Source of the DNA: an uncultured Acidimicrobiaceae bacterium
Lineage (GTDB): Bacteria > Actinomycetota > Acidimicrobiia > Acidimicrobiales > RAAP-2
NCBI GenBank assembly: GCA_963821105.1
Contig: CAWGCO010000015.1
Location: 5,571 to 69,570, forward strand
Length of the DNA: 64,000 nt
Direction: 5' to 3'
Under the pieces are notes generated by a model. It saw nothing but the letters and a program-made list of their open reading frames with translations. It was not told the DNA's origin and did no database searches. Each line of letters opens with the position of its first letter. Within the stretch, counting starts at the first letter, position 1. The position numbers were made by a program, and so were the translations under genes. Of this stretch, positions 50,412-59,394 are shown in pieces.

Positions 50412-51889
50412 CTACGAGCTCCAGATGATCGCTTGCGGCTCCGTGTACGCCAGCAGCCCGTAGTCGCCGCCGTCACGGCCCGACGCCCGACATCTTGAAG
50501 CCGCCGAACGGTGCGTCGTGGTTGCGCTGCGCCGTGTTGATGCCGACGTGGCCGGCCTGCAGGCGCTTGGCCACCCGCAGTGCCCGGGCGCCGTCACCGG
50601 AGAACACGTAGTCGTAGAGCCCGAACTCGCGTGTCGTTGGCGATGGCGATGCCCTCTTCCTCGTCGTCGAAGGGGATCATCGTGATCACGGGCCCGAAGA
50701 TCTCCTCCCGCGCACACCGCATGTCGTTCGTCCCCGTGATGAGCGTCGGGCGCGACGTAGAAGCCCTTGGGCAGGTCGCCCGGCCGCTCGCCGCCGATCA
50801 CGACCTCGCCGCCGTCCTCCTTCGCCGTGGCGACGTGCGCCTCGATCCGTCCTCGCTGCGCCGCCGGAGATCACCGGACCGATGATCGTCTTGGTGTCGG
50901 TCGGGTCGCCGACCTTGAGGAACCCGGCCATCTGCACGAGCCCGTCGCGCACCTGGTCGAACACGCTGCGGTGCACGATGGCCCGCGTCGGCGCCGTGCA
51001 GATCTGGCCCGAGTGGAACGACCACGTCGAGCCGATGCAGCCGACCGCGCCCTTGACGTCGGCGTCCTCGAACACGACGCACGCGCCCTTGCCGCCGAGC
51101 TCGAGCAGCGTGCGCTTCAGCCGCCGCGCCGCCGTCTCGGCGATCGTCACGCCCACCTGCGTCGAGCCGGTGAAGCTGACGCAGTCGACCTCGTCGGCGT
51201 CCACCAGGGCGGCGGAGGAGGCCGGACCGTTGCCGTTGACCAGGTTCACGACACCGGGCGGGAAGCCGACGTCGTTGAGGATGCGGACGAGCTCCACGAT
51301 GGCGAGCGGGTCCTGCGGCGCCGGCTTGACCACGACGGTGTTGCCGGCCGCCAGGGCCGGCGCGACCTTGCCGGCCATGTTCACCATCGGGAAGTTGTAC
51401 GAGGTGATGCAGGCGACCACGCCGAGCGGCTGGCGATTGACCATGCCGCCGATGATCCCGCCCGGCGCCAGCGGCGTCGCCTGGGCGGGCTGGGGCAGCA
51501 GGGGCGTCTGGAGGACCTGGCGCGGGTCGCGGGCGTAGCGCTCGAAGCGGTCGGCCGCGACGGGCACCTGCATCCGCGAGCCGACGGTCGCGGTCGCACC
51601 GGTCTCGGCGATCACGAGCGGGAACAGCTCGGACGACTTGGCCCGGATGGCCTCCGCCGCCTCGCGCATGATGGCGCTGCGCTCCTCGACCGACCAGGCC
51701 GCCCAGCCCGGCTGCGCCTCCTTGGCCGCCGCGGCGGCGGCGAGGGCGTCGTCGGCGCTGGCGTTGGGCGCCCGCCCCACCAACTCCTCGGTGGCGGGGT
51801 TCACGATCTCGTAGGTGCCCGTCGGATGCGTCGACCCACTTGCCCCCGATCAGGAGCTGCTGCTCGTCGCGCGTCGTCGTCTCGGCCAT
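50412..51889 (-). pseudogene. aldehyde dehydrogenase family protein, multiply frameshifted
   Basis: MAETTT...LLIGGKWVDA, FTGSTQVG, LELGGKGA, and a C-terminal GFKMSGVGRDGG-like part lie in different frames. There are at least 4 frame changes. ATG at 51889. Confidence 0.85.
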
Positions 51890-52096
51890 GTGGACTCCCA
51901 GGTCGGGGTGCGCCAGCACATCTGACGCCCCGTCACATTCAACCCTTTGCCGGCTCGGACCGCCAAAGCGCCAGTTGGACCGCTGCACCGGCTCCGCAGC
52001 CCCGTCGTCGGAGGCCACGGCCTGAGTTGTCCGTCCGTTGTGCGGGTGCGTCGTGTGCGCCTCGGTCGCGCGACCGGGCTGCGATGCCGGGAGCGT

Positions 52097-52157
52097 TGTT
52101 GCGCAGTGTTGCGCCGGATTTGCGCGTTGTGTGACCTTCGTCACTTCGCAAGGTCAC
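52097..52157 (+). promoter_or_regulatory. phased direct repeats plus 8-bp inverted repeat upstream of the FtsH-like gene
   Basis: TGTTGCGC at 52097 and 52107, TTTGCGC at 52119 (10-11 nt phasing), then GTGACCTT-N11-AAGGTCAC (52131-52157). Confidence 0.35.
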
Positions 52158-52215
52158 ACTCGCTGCGCGATTCTCTAGATTAGAAGCGTCCACGGGGGAT
52201 GAACGGAGTCTGGTC

Positions 52216-54084
52216 ATGAGTCGGCAAGCCGATTTGGTCCCTACCTCGTCGCGCCCCAACCCTGACGGTGCGCACGACATGTCCGACATCGTGGGCGACG
52301 CCATCTTGGGGAGCGCCGACGTCGCGCGGGCCCGCGAGCGCCACCGCCTGTCGCGCCTGCGCCGCCTCGTCGCACTCGCCGCGCTCGTCCTCGGCTGGAT
52401 CGTCATCCGTGCGATGAGCGGCAAGAGCGTCTTCCCCCACCTGCCCATCCCGCACGGCCTTGGGACTGCGCTGCCGATCATTCTCATCGTGCTGATGCTC
52501 GGGGCGGTCATGGCCGCGCCGTTCCTCGGCGCGGGGCGCTCGCCGCACACGCTCATCCGCCCCGGGGAGACGACGGTGGGCCTGCACGACCTCGTCGGGA
52601 TCGACGGGGTCAAGGCCGAGGTCGTGCGTTCGATCAATCTCTTCCTGGCCCACCAGACCTTCCGTGACCGCATGGGCGGCACGTCCCGACGCGGCGTCCT
52701 GTTCGAGGGGCCGCCGGGTACGGGCAAGACGTTCGTGGCCAAGGCGATGGCGAAGGAGGCGAACGTCCCGTTCCTCTTCGTGTCCGCGTCGGCCTTCCAG
52801 TCGATGTACTACGGGCAGACCAACCGCAAGATCCGCTCCTTCTTCAAGCAGCTCCGCAAGCACGCCCGCAAGGAGGGCGGCGCGATCGGCTTCATCGAGG
52901 AGATCGACGCCATCGGAGCCTCCCGACGCGGCATGGGCGGGAGTGGCGGGACCGAGGGCGTCTCCGGCGTCGTCAACGAGCTGCTGGTGCAGCTCCAGTC
53001 GTTCGACAGCCCGAGCCGCGGGCAGCGCTTCGCCTGGGCCTGGATCGACCTGCTCAACCGGTACCTCCCCGACGGCTCCAAGCTCAAGAAGCCGGCCGTC
53101 ATACCGGCGAACGTGCTCGTGGTGGGCGCCACCAACCGCAAGGACGACCTCGACCCGGCGCTGATCCGGCCCGGTCGCTTCGACCGCACGATCTACTTCG
53201 GCCTGCCGGGCCGCCGGGCGCGGGGTGACATCATCGCTTACTACCTCGGCAAGAAGGCGCACGGCCCTGACCTGGACGAGCACGGCGCCGTCGACATCGT
53301 GGCCGGCATGACGTTCGGCTACTCGCCCGCCGCGCTCGAGCGGCTCATGGACGAGGCCTTGGTGATCGCGCTGACCCACGGCCGCGGCGCCATGACGATG
53401 GCCGACGTCGCCGAGGCGAAAATGCTGGTCGAGCTCGGCGTCACCGACGAGACGATCTACACACCCGACGAGCGGGACCGCGTTGCGACGCACGAGGCCG
53501 GCCACGCCACGGTCGCCTACTTCGTGGGCCAGACCCGCCAACTCGACGTGCTCTCCATCGTCAAGCGTCGTGACTCGCTCGGTTTGCTGCAGCACTCCGA
53601 CACCGAGGAGCGCTTCACCCAGAGCAGCGAGGAGTTGCATGCCCTGTTGGAGATCGCCATGGGCGGCATGGTGGCCGAAGAGCACTGGTTCGACGAGGTC
53701 TCGACGGGGCCGGCGTCCGACCTGGCCGCGGCGACGTCCATCGGCGCACAGATGATCGGCGCCTGTGGCATGGGCAACTCGCTCATCTCCGTGGCCGCCG
53801 CGGGCAACGGCTACCTCGCGGGCGGCCTGGTCGACAAGGTGCTCGGCGACAAGGACGCCCGCGCCGAGCTCGACGCGCTGTTGATGGGCGCCTGCGATGC
53901 AGCGAAGGCCATCGTCGCCGCCCACCCCGAGGTGGTCGAGGCGCTCCGCGACCAACTGCTCGAGCGGGACGAACTGGTCGGTTCCGAGATCACCGACGTG
54001 ATCGAGACGGCGCTCGCCGAGTCGCCCGAGCCGGCCGTCATCACGGAGTTGCCGACGCAGCGCGCCGCCGCCTCGCGAGGCTGA
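52216..54084 (+). CDS. FtsH-like AAA+ ATPase / M41 zinc metalloprotease paralogue
   Basis: Two N-terminal TM helices, Walker A GPPGTGKT, Walker B-like GFIEEID, ATNRKDDLDPALIRPGRFDR, and HEAGH zinc motif. Intact 622-aa ORF. Confidence 0.85.
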   Translation: MSRQADLVPTSSRPNPDGAHDMSDIVGDAILGSADVARARERHRLSRLRRLVALAALVLGWIVIRAMSGKSVFPHLPIPHGLGTALPIILIVLMLGAVMAAPFLGAGRSPHTLIRPGETTVGLHDLVGIDGVKAEVVRSINLFLAHQTFRDRMGGTSRRGVLFEGPPGTGKTFVAKAMAKEANVPFLFVSASAFQSMYYGQTNRKIRSFFKQLRKHARKEGGAIGFIEEIDAIGASRRGMGGSGGTEGVSGVVNELLVQLQSFDSPSRGQRFAWAWIDLLNRYLPDGSKLKKPAVIPANVLVVGATNRKDDLDPALIRPGRFDRTIYFGLPGRRARGDIIAYYLGKKAHGPDLDEHGAVDIVAGMTFGYSPAALERLMDEALVIALTHGRGAMTMADVAEAKMLVELGVTDETIYTPDERDRVATHEAGHATVAYFVGQTRQLDVLSIVKRRDSLGLLQHSDTEERFTQSSEELHALLEIAMGGMVAEEHWFDEVSTGPASDLAAATSIGAQMIGACGMGNSLISVAAAGNGYLAGGLVDKVLGDKDARAELDALLMGACDAAKAIVAAHPEVVEALRDQLLERDELVGSEITDVIETALAESPEPAVITELPTQRAAASRG

Positions 54085-54225
54085 ATCGCCGGACTGACGA
54101 ACCTTAAGAGTCGTTAAGAATTCCAACCACAACGAGGTTTCGCGCCCTCGGCGCGGCCAATCGCCGTGCGGAGGCCGGTACCATCGTCGCGATCATTCTG
54201 TGACCCCCCACGCGGGAAGGGAGCA

Positions 54226-55329
54226 ATGTCAACAGACCGGGTCGGACGAGCGCGCCACTTTCGTCGCCTCGCGCTTTTCGGGCTCGTCGCCGCGAGCGGC
54301 CTCGCCGTCTCGCTGATCGTCCCGGTCTCCTCGGCGCCCTCCGCGTGGGCCGCATCGGCCGCGTCGCCGACGACGACGCCGCCCACCACGACCACGTCGG
54401 AGCCGGTTCCCGTCAGCGCGTCGTCGGGATGCAGCAACGCCGTACCCGCCCGGTCGGGACGACGTTCCAGGCCGTCAGCGCCGGTGGTGACGTCGGGGCG
54501 TACATCCGTCAGTTGCCGTCTCGTACACGGGCCGCTCGCCGATGCCCGTCGTGATGGAGCTGCACGGCTACGACGTGTCCGCCATCGACATGGCGCTGAT
54601 CACCCAACTGGGGCCCTACGGCAACCGCAACGGCTTCATCACGATCACGCCACAGATCACGCGCAGCATCCCCTACTGGCAGACGTCGAGCAACGGCAAG
54701 GACGTCGCCTTCCTGCGCGGCGTGCTCGCCAGAGTGACCTCGACGCTGTGCGTCGACCTGAACCGCGTCTACGTCACCGGGTACTCGAACGGCGCCATCA
54801 TGGCGTCGGTCCTGGCGTGCGTCGACGCCGGCCAGGTGGCCGCCATCGCCCCGGTGTCCGGTGTCGCCAACCCGCCGCGCTGCAACCCGTCGCGCCCGGT
54901 GCCCGTCGTGGCCTTCCACGGGACGGCGGACCCGTTGGTCTCGCTACACCGGCGGGCTCGGCCCGGTGGCCTACACGCTGCCGCTCCCAGCCGGGACCAG
55001 GGGGACGATCAGCCAGGTCCTCGGACCCGCCGTCCCGCAGTCGACGTCCGGGCCGTCCATCCCGAGGATCACGTCTGCGTGGGCCAAACGTGACGGCTGC
55101 GCGTCGACGCCGACGACACGGGTCGTGGCCAGGAACGTGGCGCTCATCTCCTACACCTGCCCCGGCACGAACGCGGTGCGAGCTCTACCGGATCAGAGGG
55201 GGCGGGCACACGTGGCCCGGCAGCGCCATCCTCGCCGCCAAGGCCACGAATTTGGGCGCCACGACGTTGGCCATCAACGCCGACAAGATCATGTGGAACT
55301 TCTTCATGGCCCATCCGCTCCGCGGCTGA
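54226..55329 (+). pseudogene. PHB-depolymerase-family esterase (LpqC-like), multiply frameshifted
   Basis: Signal peptide, Thr/Pro linker, MPVVMELHG, VYVTGYSNGAIMAS and AFHGTADPLV, with a tail GGGHTWPG, in three frames. There are at least 3 frame changes. ATG at 54226 with a GGGAAGGGAG RBS. Confidence 0.75.
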
Positions 55330-55359
55330 GTTGCGGGGCCCCGCTCACGGCCCGACGCC

Positions 55360-55389
55360 AGATCGTCACAGATCGTCACAATCGTCATA
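55360..55389. repeat. three tandem 10-bp direct repeats (AGATCGTCAC x2 + AATCGTCATA)
   Basis: Two perfect copies at 55360 and 55370 and an 8/10 copy at 55380. They lie in an AT-richer intergenic region upstream of the ORF at 55438. Confidence 0.85.
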
Positions 55390-55437
55390 CAACGACAACA
55401 CGATTCTGATGGGGTCTTTAACTGCACGGGGCACAAT

Positions 55438-55739
55438 TTGGTCGTGGCCCCGACGGTCTTCGAGTCTTGCAACAGCACCTGGGTGTTCGACGCCGAGCAC
55501 ATGAGGTTCCGGCGCGATCCTCAAGGGGATCGAGGTGGAGAACCGTGCCGTGTTCACCGAGTGGCGCCCCTACTTCGGCCTCGAGGTGTCGGACGACTCG
55601 GAGGCCTTCACCGTGTTGCTGAACCCAGAGGGCACGCGGCTGATCCGGTCTTGGCGCCACACGGGCGACTGCGCCGCAGTGCGGCGGGCACCTCACGGCC
55701 GAGCTGTCGCTCGACGACATCGAGGCGGCGCTGGCCTAA
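55438..55739 (+). pseudogene. small conserved-looking hypothetical protein, frameshifted
   Basis: A coherent reading, MVVAPTVFESCNSTWVFDAEHMRFRR / VENRAVFTEWRPYFGLEVSDDSEAFTVLLNPEGTRLIRSWRHTGDC / AQCGGHLTAELSLDDIEAALA, needs two frame changes. Confidence 0.45.
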
Positions 55740-55966
55740 TGGCCCGGTGGCGGCCCCGGCTTCTGGCCGAGCACGCGCAGCACGAAGCGGCCGAGACGTC
55801 CCGGCGGGCGGCTGCGCTGCGCGTCCATGGCCTCCTTCTCGTGGGTGCGGGTGAGCGGGCCGCCCAGCCGCCAGTAGCGCCGCCCTCCGCCGGTGTAGCG
55901 CACGTAGTCCGGCACCGGAGGCAGCTTGTGCGTGGGCTTGCGCCCCCGCTTGCCCTTGGCGCTCAC
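55736..55966 (-). CDS. small basic hypothetical protein
   Basis: A 76-aa ORF with nearly all codons ending in G/C (strong coding bias). It follows the histidine phosphatase gene. Confidence 0.45.
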   Translation of the reverse strand: MSAKGKRGRKPTHKLPPVPDYVRYTGGGRRYWRLGGPLTRTHEKEAMDAQRSRPPGRLGRFVLRVLGQKPGPPPGH

Positions 55967-55979
55967 GGCGGGGCCAGGC

Positions 55980-56645
55980 TCAACCCGTCAGGTGCGACGT
56001 GTCGTTGTAGCCGCGCAGCACCCAGCGCCCGTCGGTCACGACGAGCTTGGAGATGGACGCGTTGTCAGCCCCCAAGAACGCGAACGGCTCGGACCCGGTG
56101 GCCTCCGCGAGCAGCTCGCCGATGGCGGCCCCGTGGCTGAACACGACCACCCGTCCGCCCGGGTGCGCCGCGGTGATCCGCTCGACGGCCCGGCGCAGCC
56201 GCCCGCCGAACTCGGCCCGCGACTCGGCGCCCGGGACCAGGTCCCAGCGTTGCTCGGCGAAGACCCGCTCGAGCACGGGGTCGTGGTCCGCCGCCTTCTG
56301 GCGCAGCAACCCACCCTCCCATTCGCCCAGGAAGACCTCGCGCAGGTCCGGGTCGACGACCGGCGTCATCCCGGTGCGTTCGATCAGCGGCGCCGCCGTC
56401 TCTGCGGTGCGGCGCAGGTTGGAGACGTACAAGCCGTCGAAGAGCTCGTGGCCGAGGCGCGCCGCCACGAGCTCGGCCTGGTGGCGTCCGACCTCAGAGA
56501 GGGGCGGGTCGCCCTGGCCCTCCACCAGTTCGAAGGTCTCACCCTCGACGGAGTCGGCCGACGCGCCGTGGCGGACCAGCACCAACTCGGTGGACCCGGG
56601 TGGCCCGACGTAAGGGCGCTGGCTGAAGGTGCGGGGCGGCGTCAC
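55980..56645 (-). CDS. histidine phosphatase family protein (phosphoglycerate-mutase-like)
   Basis: LVLVRHGAS (RHG motif), LSEVGRHQA, and VVVFSHGAAI. Confidence 0.85.
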   Translation of the reverse strand: MTPPRTFSQRPYVGPPGSTELVLVRHGASADSVEGETFELVEGQGDPPLSEVGRHQAELVAARLGHELFDGLYVSNLRRTAETAAPLIERTGMTPVVDPDLREVFLGEWEGGLLRQKAADHDPVLERVFAEQRWDLVPGAESRAEFGGRLRRAVERITAAHPGGRVVVFSHGAAIGELLAEATGSEPFAFLGADNASISKLVVTDGRWVLRGYNDTSHLTG

Positions 56646-56666
56646 GGCCGCCGAGTGTACGAACGA

Positions 56667-57323
56667 TCAGCGCGGCGCGTGCAGCTCGGGTGGGCCGTGG
56701 TCCTCGTCGTCCTCGACGACCTCGACGTCGATCACGTTGGGGTCGTACGGAGCCGGGTCCGACCCCCAGTTCGGGCCGGCGGGGCCGCCCGGGGTGCGGA
56801 ACGTCGCGAAGAAGGCACCCGGTCCCTGCGTGAAGTTCATGATGAGCGGCCGGCCCGCGTTCGGACCGAGCTCGGCCCACAGCGGCCGGGCCCGGCGGTA
56901 GACGACGTACTGCTGCACGGCAAGGGTCAGGCCGAGATACAACAAGAAGCTCGCTTCGACGAGCCCGCTGACGCCGGCGCCGACGAAGTGCACGATCAGC
57001 GAGACCAGCCAGAGCGCCATCGTCACGGCGTTGCCCTGGCGGACCACCCACCCGTTGCTCTCCCACAGTCGCATCGAGATCGCCCGCAACGCGCCCAGGC
57101 CGATCCCCCCCACGACCAGTGTGCCGACGACCCAGACCCACGCGCTCGAGGCGATGTGGTGGTGGTCGCCGGTGTACGACAAGAGGGCGAACAGGCCGAT
57201 CACCCCGAGGACGATCGGCAGGCGCGGCGCGTACGCGCGTGGCACCGGGACCGCCCTGATCTGGCGCAGCAGCACGAAGATCAGGACCAGAACGCCCAGG
57301 ACGTAAGAGAACACGACCATCAC
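56667..57323 (-). CDS. hypothetical integral membrane protein
   Basis: Intact 218-aa ORF with ~5 TM helices and an acidic C-terminal tail. Confidence 0.5.
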   Translation of the reverse strand: MMVVFSYVLGVLVLIFVLLRQIRAVPVPRAYAPRLPIVLGVIGLFALLSYTGDHHHIASSAWVWVVGTLVVGGIGLGALRAISMRLWESNGWVVRQGNAVTMALWLVSLIVHFVGAGVSGLVEASFLLYLGLTLAVQQYVVYRRARPLWAELGPNAGRPLIMNFTQGPGAFFATFRTPGGPAGPNWGSDPAPYDPNVIDVEVVEDDEDHGPPELHAPR

Positions 57324-57348
57324 GTTCCAGCGTAGGGCCGGGGGTCGT

Positions 57349-58344
57349 TCAGTGGTTCAGCAGGGGCCCCACCTCGGCCCCGAAACGCAACGTTTGCTCG
57401 CAGAACTCGTCGGCACTCCGGGCCATGAAGCGCACCTGGAGGTGGTTCACCCCCATCGCCACCAGCTCGCGGAGCGAGGCGGCGATCTGCTCCGCCGGCC
57501 CGCTCAGCACCCAGCCCGGGAGGTCCCAGCCCGAGCCGCCCGAGCTCAGGTAGATCGGCTCGACGATGGTGCCGATGTCGATCGGCGCGCCCGGGCGGTA
57601 CTCCGCCCGCAGCTCGCGCAGCCGCGCGATCTGGCCCGGGAGGTCGCGGCGCCGCGTGCCTTGGGGGAGCCAGCCGTCGCCGTAGGCGGCGGTGCGGCGG
57701 ATGGCCGCCGGCGACGAGCCGCCGATCCAGATGGGGGGGCGGGGCTGCCGGACCGGCCGGGGCGCGAGGCCCATGTCGCGCGCCGGGAAGCGCGGCCCCG
57801 GCAGCTCGGGGAACTCGTCGGTGAAGCAGCGCGCCAGCGCGGCGACGGCTTCGTCGGTGTGCCGGCCCCGCGCCTCGAAGTCGCCGGTCAAGAGCTCGTA
57901 CTCCTCGGGCACGTGCCCGGCGCCGACCCCCACGATGAGGCGCCCGCCCGACAGCACGTCCAGGGTCGACAGCTCCTTCGCCGCCCGGAGGGGATGGCGC
58001 TGGGCGAGGATCAGCACGTGGGAGAGCAGGTGGGTGCGCGTGGTGAGCGCGGCGAGCCAGCCGAGCGTCGCCGTGGTGTCGTACCAGACCGTCCCCATGG
58101 CGTCGGCCAGGCGGCGGGGGATGGCGGTGTGGTCGCAGACCCCGATGTAGAAGAAGTCCGCCTCGTCGGCCGCCCGGGCGACCTGGGCGAGCTCCGCCGG
58201 CCCGGCGACCGTCTCCCACTCGGCCACGTACAGCGTCGACTGGGACTGGATCGGCAGCTGCATGCCGTAGACGACCCGTCCCTCGGGGACGGCGCGCACC
58301 ACGTCGGCCGGCAACGTCGCGGCCGCAGTCGCAGGATCGGTCAT
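57349..58344 (-). CDS. LLM class (luciferase-like) F420-dependent oxidoreductase
   Basis: Intact 331-aa ORF. GVCDH...LDVLSGGRLIVGVGAGH...IWIGGSSPAAIRRTAAYGDGW is typical of the LLM family. Confidence 0.8.
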   Translation of the reverse strand: MTDPATAAATLPADVVRAVPEGRVVYGMQLPIQSQSTLYVAEWETVAGPAELAQVARAADEADFFYIGVCDHTAIPRRLADAMGTVWYDTTATLGWLAALTTRTHLLSHVLILAQRHPLRAAKELSTLDVLSGGRLIVGVGAGHVPEEYELLTGDFEARGRHTDEAVAALARCFTDEFPELPGPRFPARDMGLAPRPVRQPRPPIWIGGSSPAAIRRTAAYGDGWLPQGTRRRDLPGQIARLRELRAEYRPGAPIDIGTIVEPIYLSSGGSGWDLPGWVLSGPAEQIAASLRELVAMGVNHLQVRFMARSADEFCEQTLRFGAEVGPLLNH

Positions 58345-58383
58345 GGCAGTGCCTCCGTTCGGACGGGTGGGGCCGTTCCCCGC

Positions 58384-59394
58384 TCAGGCATAGGCGGCCA
58401 GCGCGGTGGACGCGTCGGCCGGTGGATAGAAGGTCGTCGACAGCACGCGCGCCCGCTTGAGGTGGAGGTGCAGCGGCACCTCCCAGGTGAACCCCATGCC
58501 GCCGTAGACCTGGATCGCGGCCCGTGCGTTGAGCAGCGCCGCCTCGTCGGCCAGCAGCTTGGCGCCGGCGTGGCTGCGCAGGCGGATCTGCCCCGGGGTG
58601 CACCCCGACGCCTCGGCCTCCGCCGCCGCGACGTCGGGCGCGTCGGACAGGCAGGCCGCGGCGTGCACGGCGGCACGCGCCACCTCCACCCGGACGAGCA
58701 TGTCGGCGCACATGTGCTTGATCGCCTGGAACGACCCGATGGGCTTGCCGAATTGCTGGCGCTCCTTGGCGTAGGCCACGGCCAGGTCGAGCACGGCCGC
58801 CGCGTGCCCGATCTGCAGCGCCGCGCTGAGCAGCGCGCCGTCGTGCCACAGCCGGCCGTTGTCGTCCGCCACGGCGCCGCCGAAGGGCAGCGCGTCGAGC
58901 TGCCACAGCGGCGTGAGCGGGTCGAGCGGCTGCGCCATGCGGCGGGCGCCGCCCCGGGGCACCGGGGACAGCAGCTGGCCCGGGCCGTCCTCGTCCAGGA
59001 CGAGCAACGCGTCGAGCGACCCCAGATGCTCCACCAGCACCGTTCCAGGCCGACGCACGGTGTGCGCGCCGACCTGCACGCGGCCCTCGGCGGCGCCGTC
59101 GACGAGGCCGGCGCTGGCGGCGAGGAACGTGCCGACGAGCGGACCGGGCACGAGTGCCCGGCCGAGCTCTTCGAAGACGACGACCGCGTCGGCCAACCCG
59201 AGGCCCGTCCCGGCGGGCTCGGGCAGGGTGAGCGCGAAGACGCCGGTCTCGCCGAGGGCCTGCCAGTCCGCCGCGCTGATGGCGTGCTCGTCTCCCTCGC
59301 GCGCCCGCAGGTGCTCGAGCGGCAGGCGACCGGCCAGCATCGAGCGGATGCCCTCGGCGAGCTCCCGTTGGCCCTCGTCGACGCGGAAGTCCAT
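58384..59394 (-). CDS. acyl-CoA dehydrogenase family protein (second subunit of an overlapping pair)
   Basis: FGKPIGSFQAIKH...IQVYGGMGFTWE. Its ATG overlaps the stop of the upstream ACAD (ATGA at 59392-59396). Confidence 0.85.
   Translation of the reverse strand: MDFRVDEGQRELAEGIRSMLAGRLPLEHLRAREGDEHAISAADWQALGETGVFALTLPEPAGTGLGLADAVVVFEELGRALVPGPLVGTFLAASAGLVDGAAEGRVQVGAHTVRRPGTVLVEHLGSLDALLVLDEDGPGQLLSPVPRGGARRMAQPLDPLTPLWQLDALPFGGAVADDNGRLWHDGALLSAALQIGHAAAVLDLAVAYAKERQQFGKPIGSFQAIKHMCADMLVRVEVARAAVHAAACLSDAPDVAAAEAEASGCTPGQIRLRSHAGAKLLADEAALLNARAAIQVYGGMGFTWEVPLHLHLKRARVLSTTFYPPADASTALAAYA

Noticed and set aside
52180-54132. A 650-aa minus-strand ORF opposite the FtsH-like gene
   Set aside because: The plus strand carries Walker A, the second region of homology and HEAGH motifs. 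The minus-strand product has none and is Arg/Gly/Asp-rich.
55333-55344. The 12-nt perfect palindrome GCGGGGCCCCGC after the LpqC-like gene as an intrinsic terminator
   Set aside because: There is no loop and no downstream T-tract. Such short GC palindromes are frequent in this composition.
19023-55389. A shared GTGAC/GTCAC motif linking the ArsR operator (19023), the FtsH-like upstream inverted repeat (52131) and the 10-bp repeats (55360) into one regulon
   Set aside because: The common core is only 5-6 nt and is expected many times by chance in 64 kb. The flanks and spacing differ. It is kept only as a hypothesis for a genome-wide motif scan.
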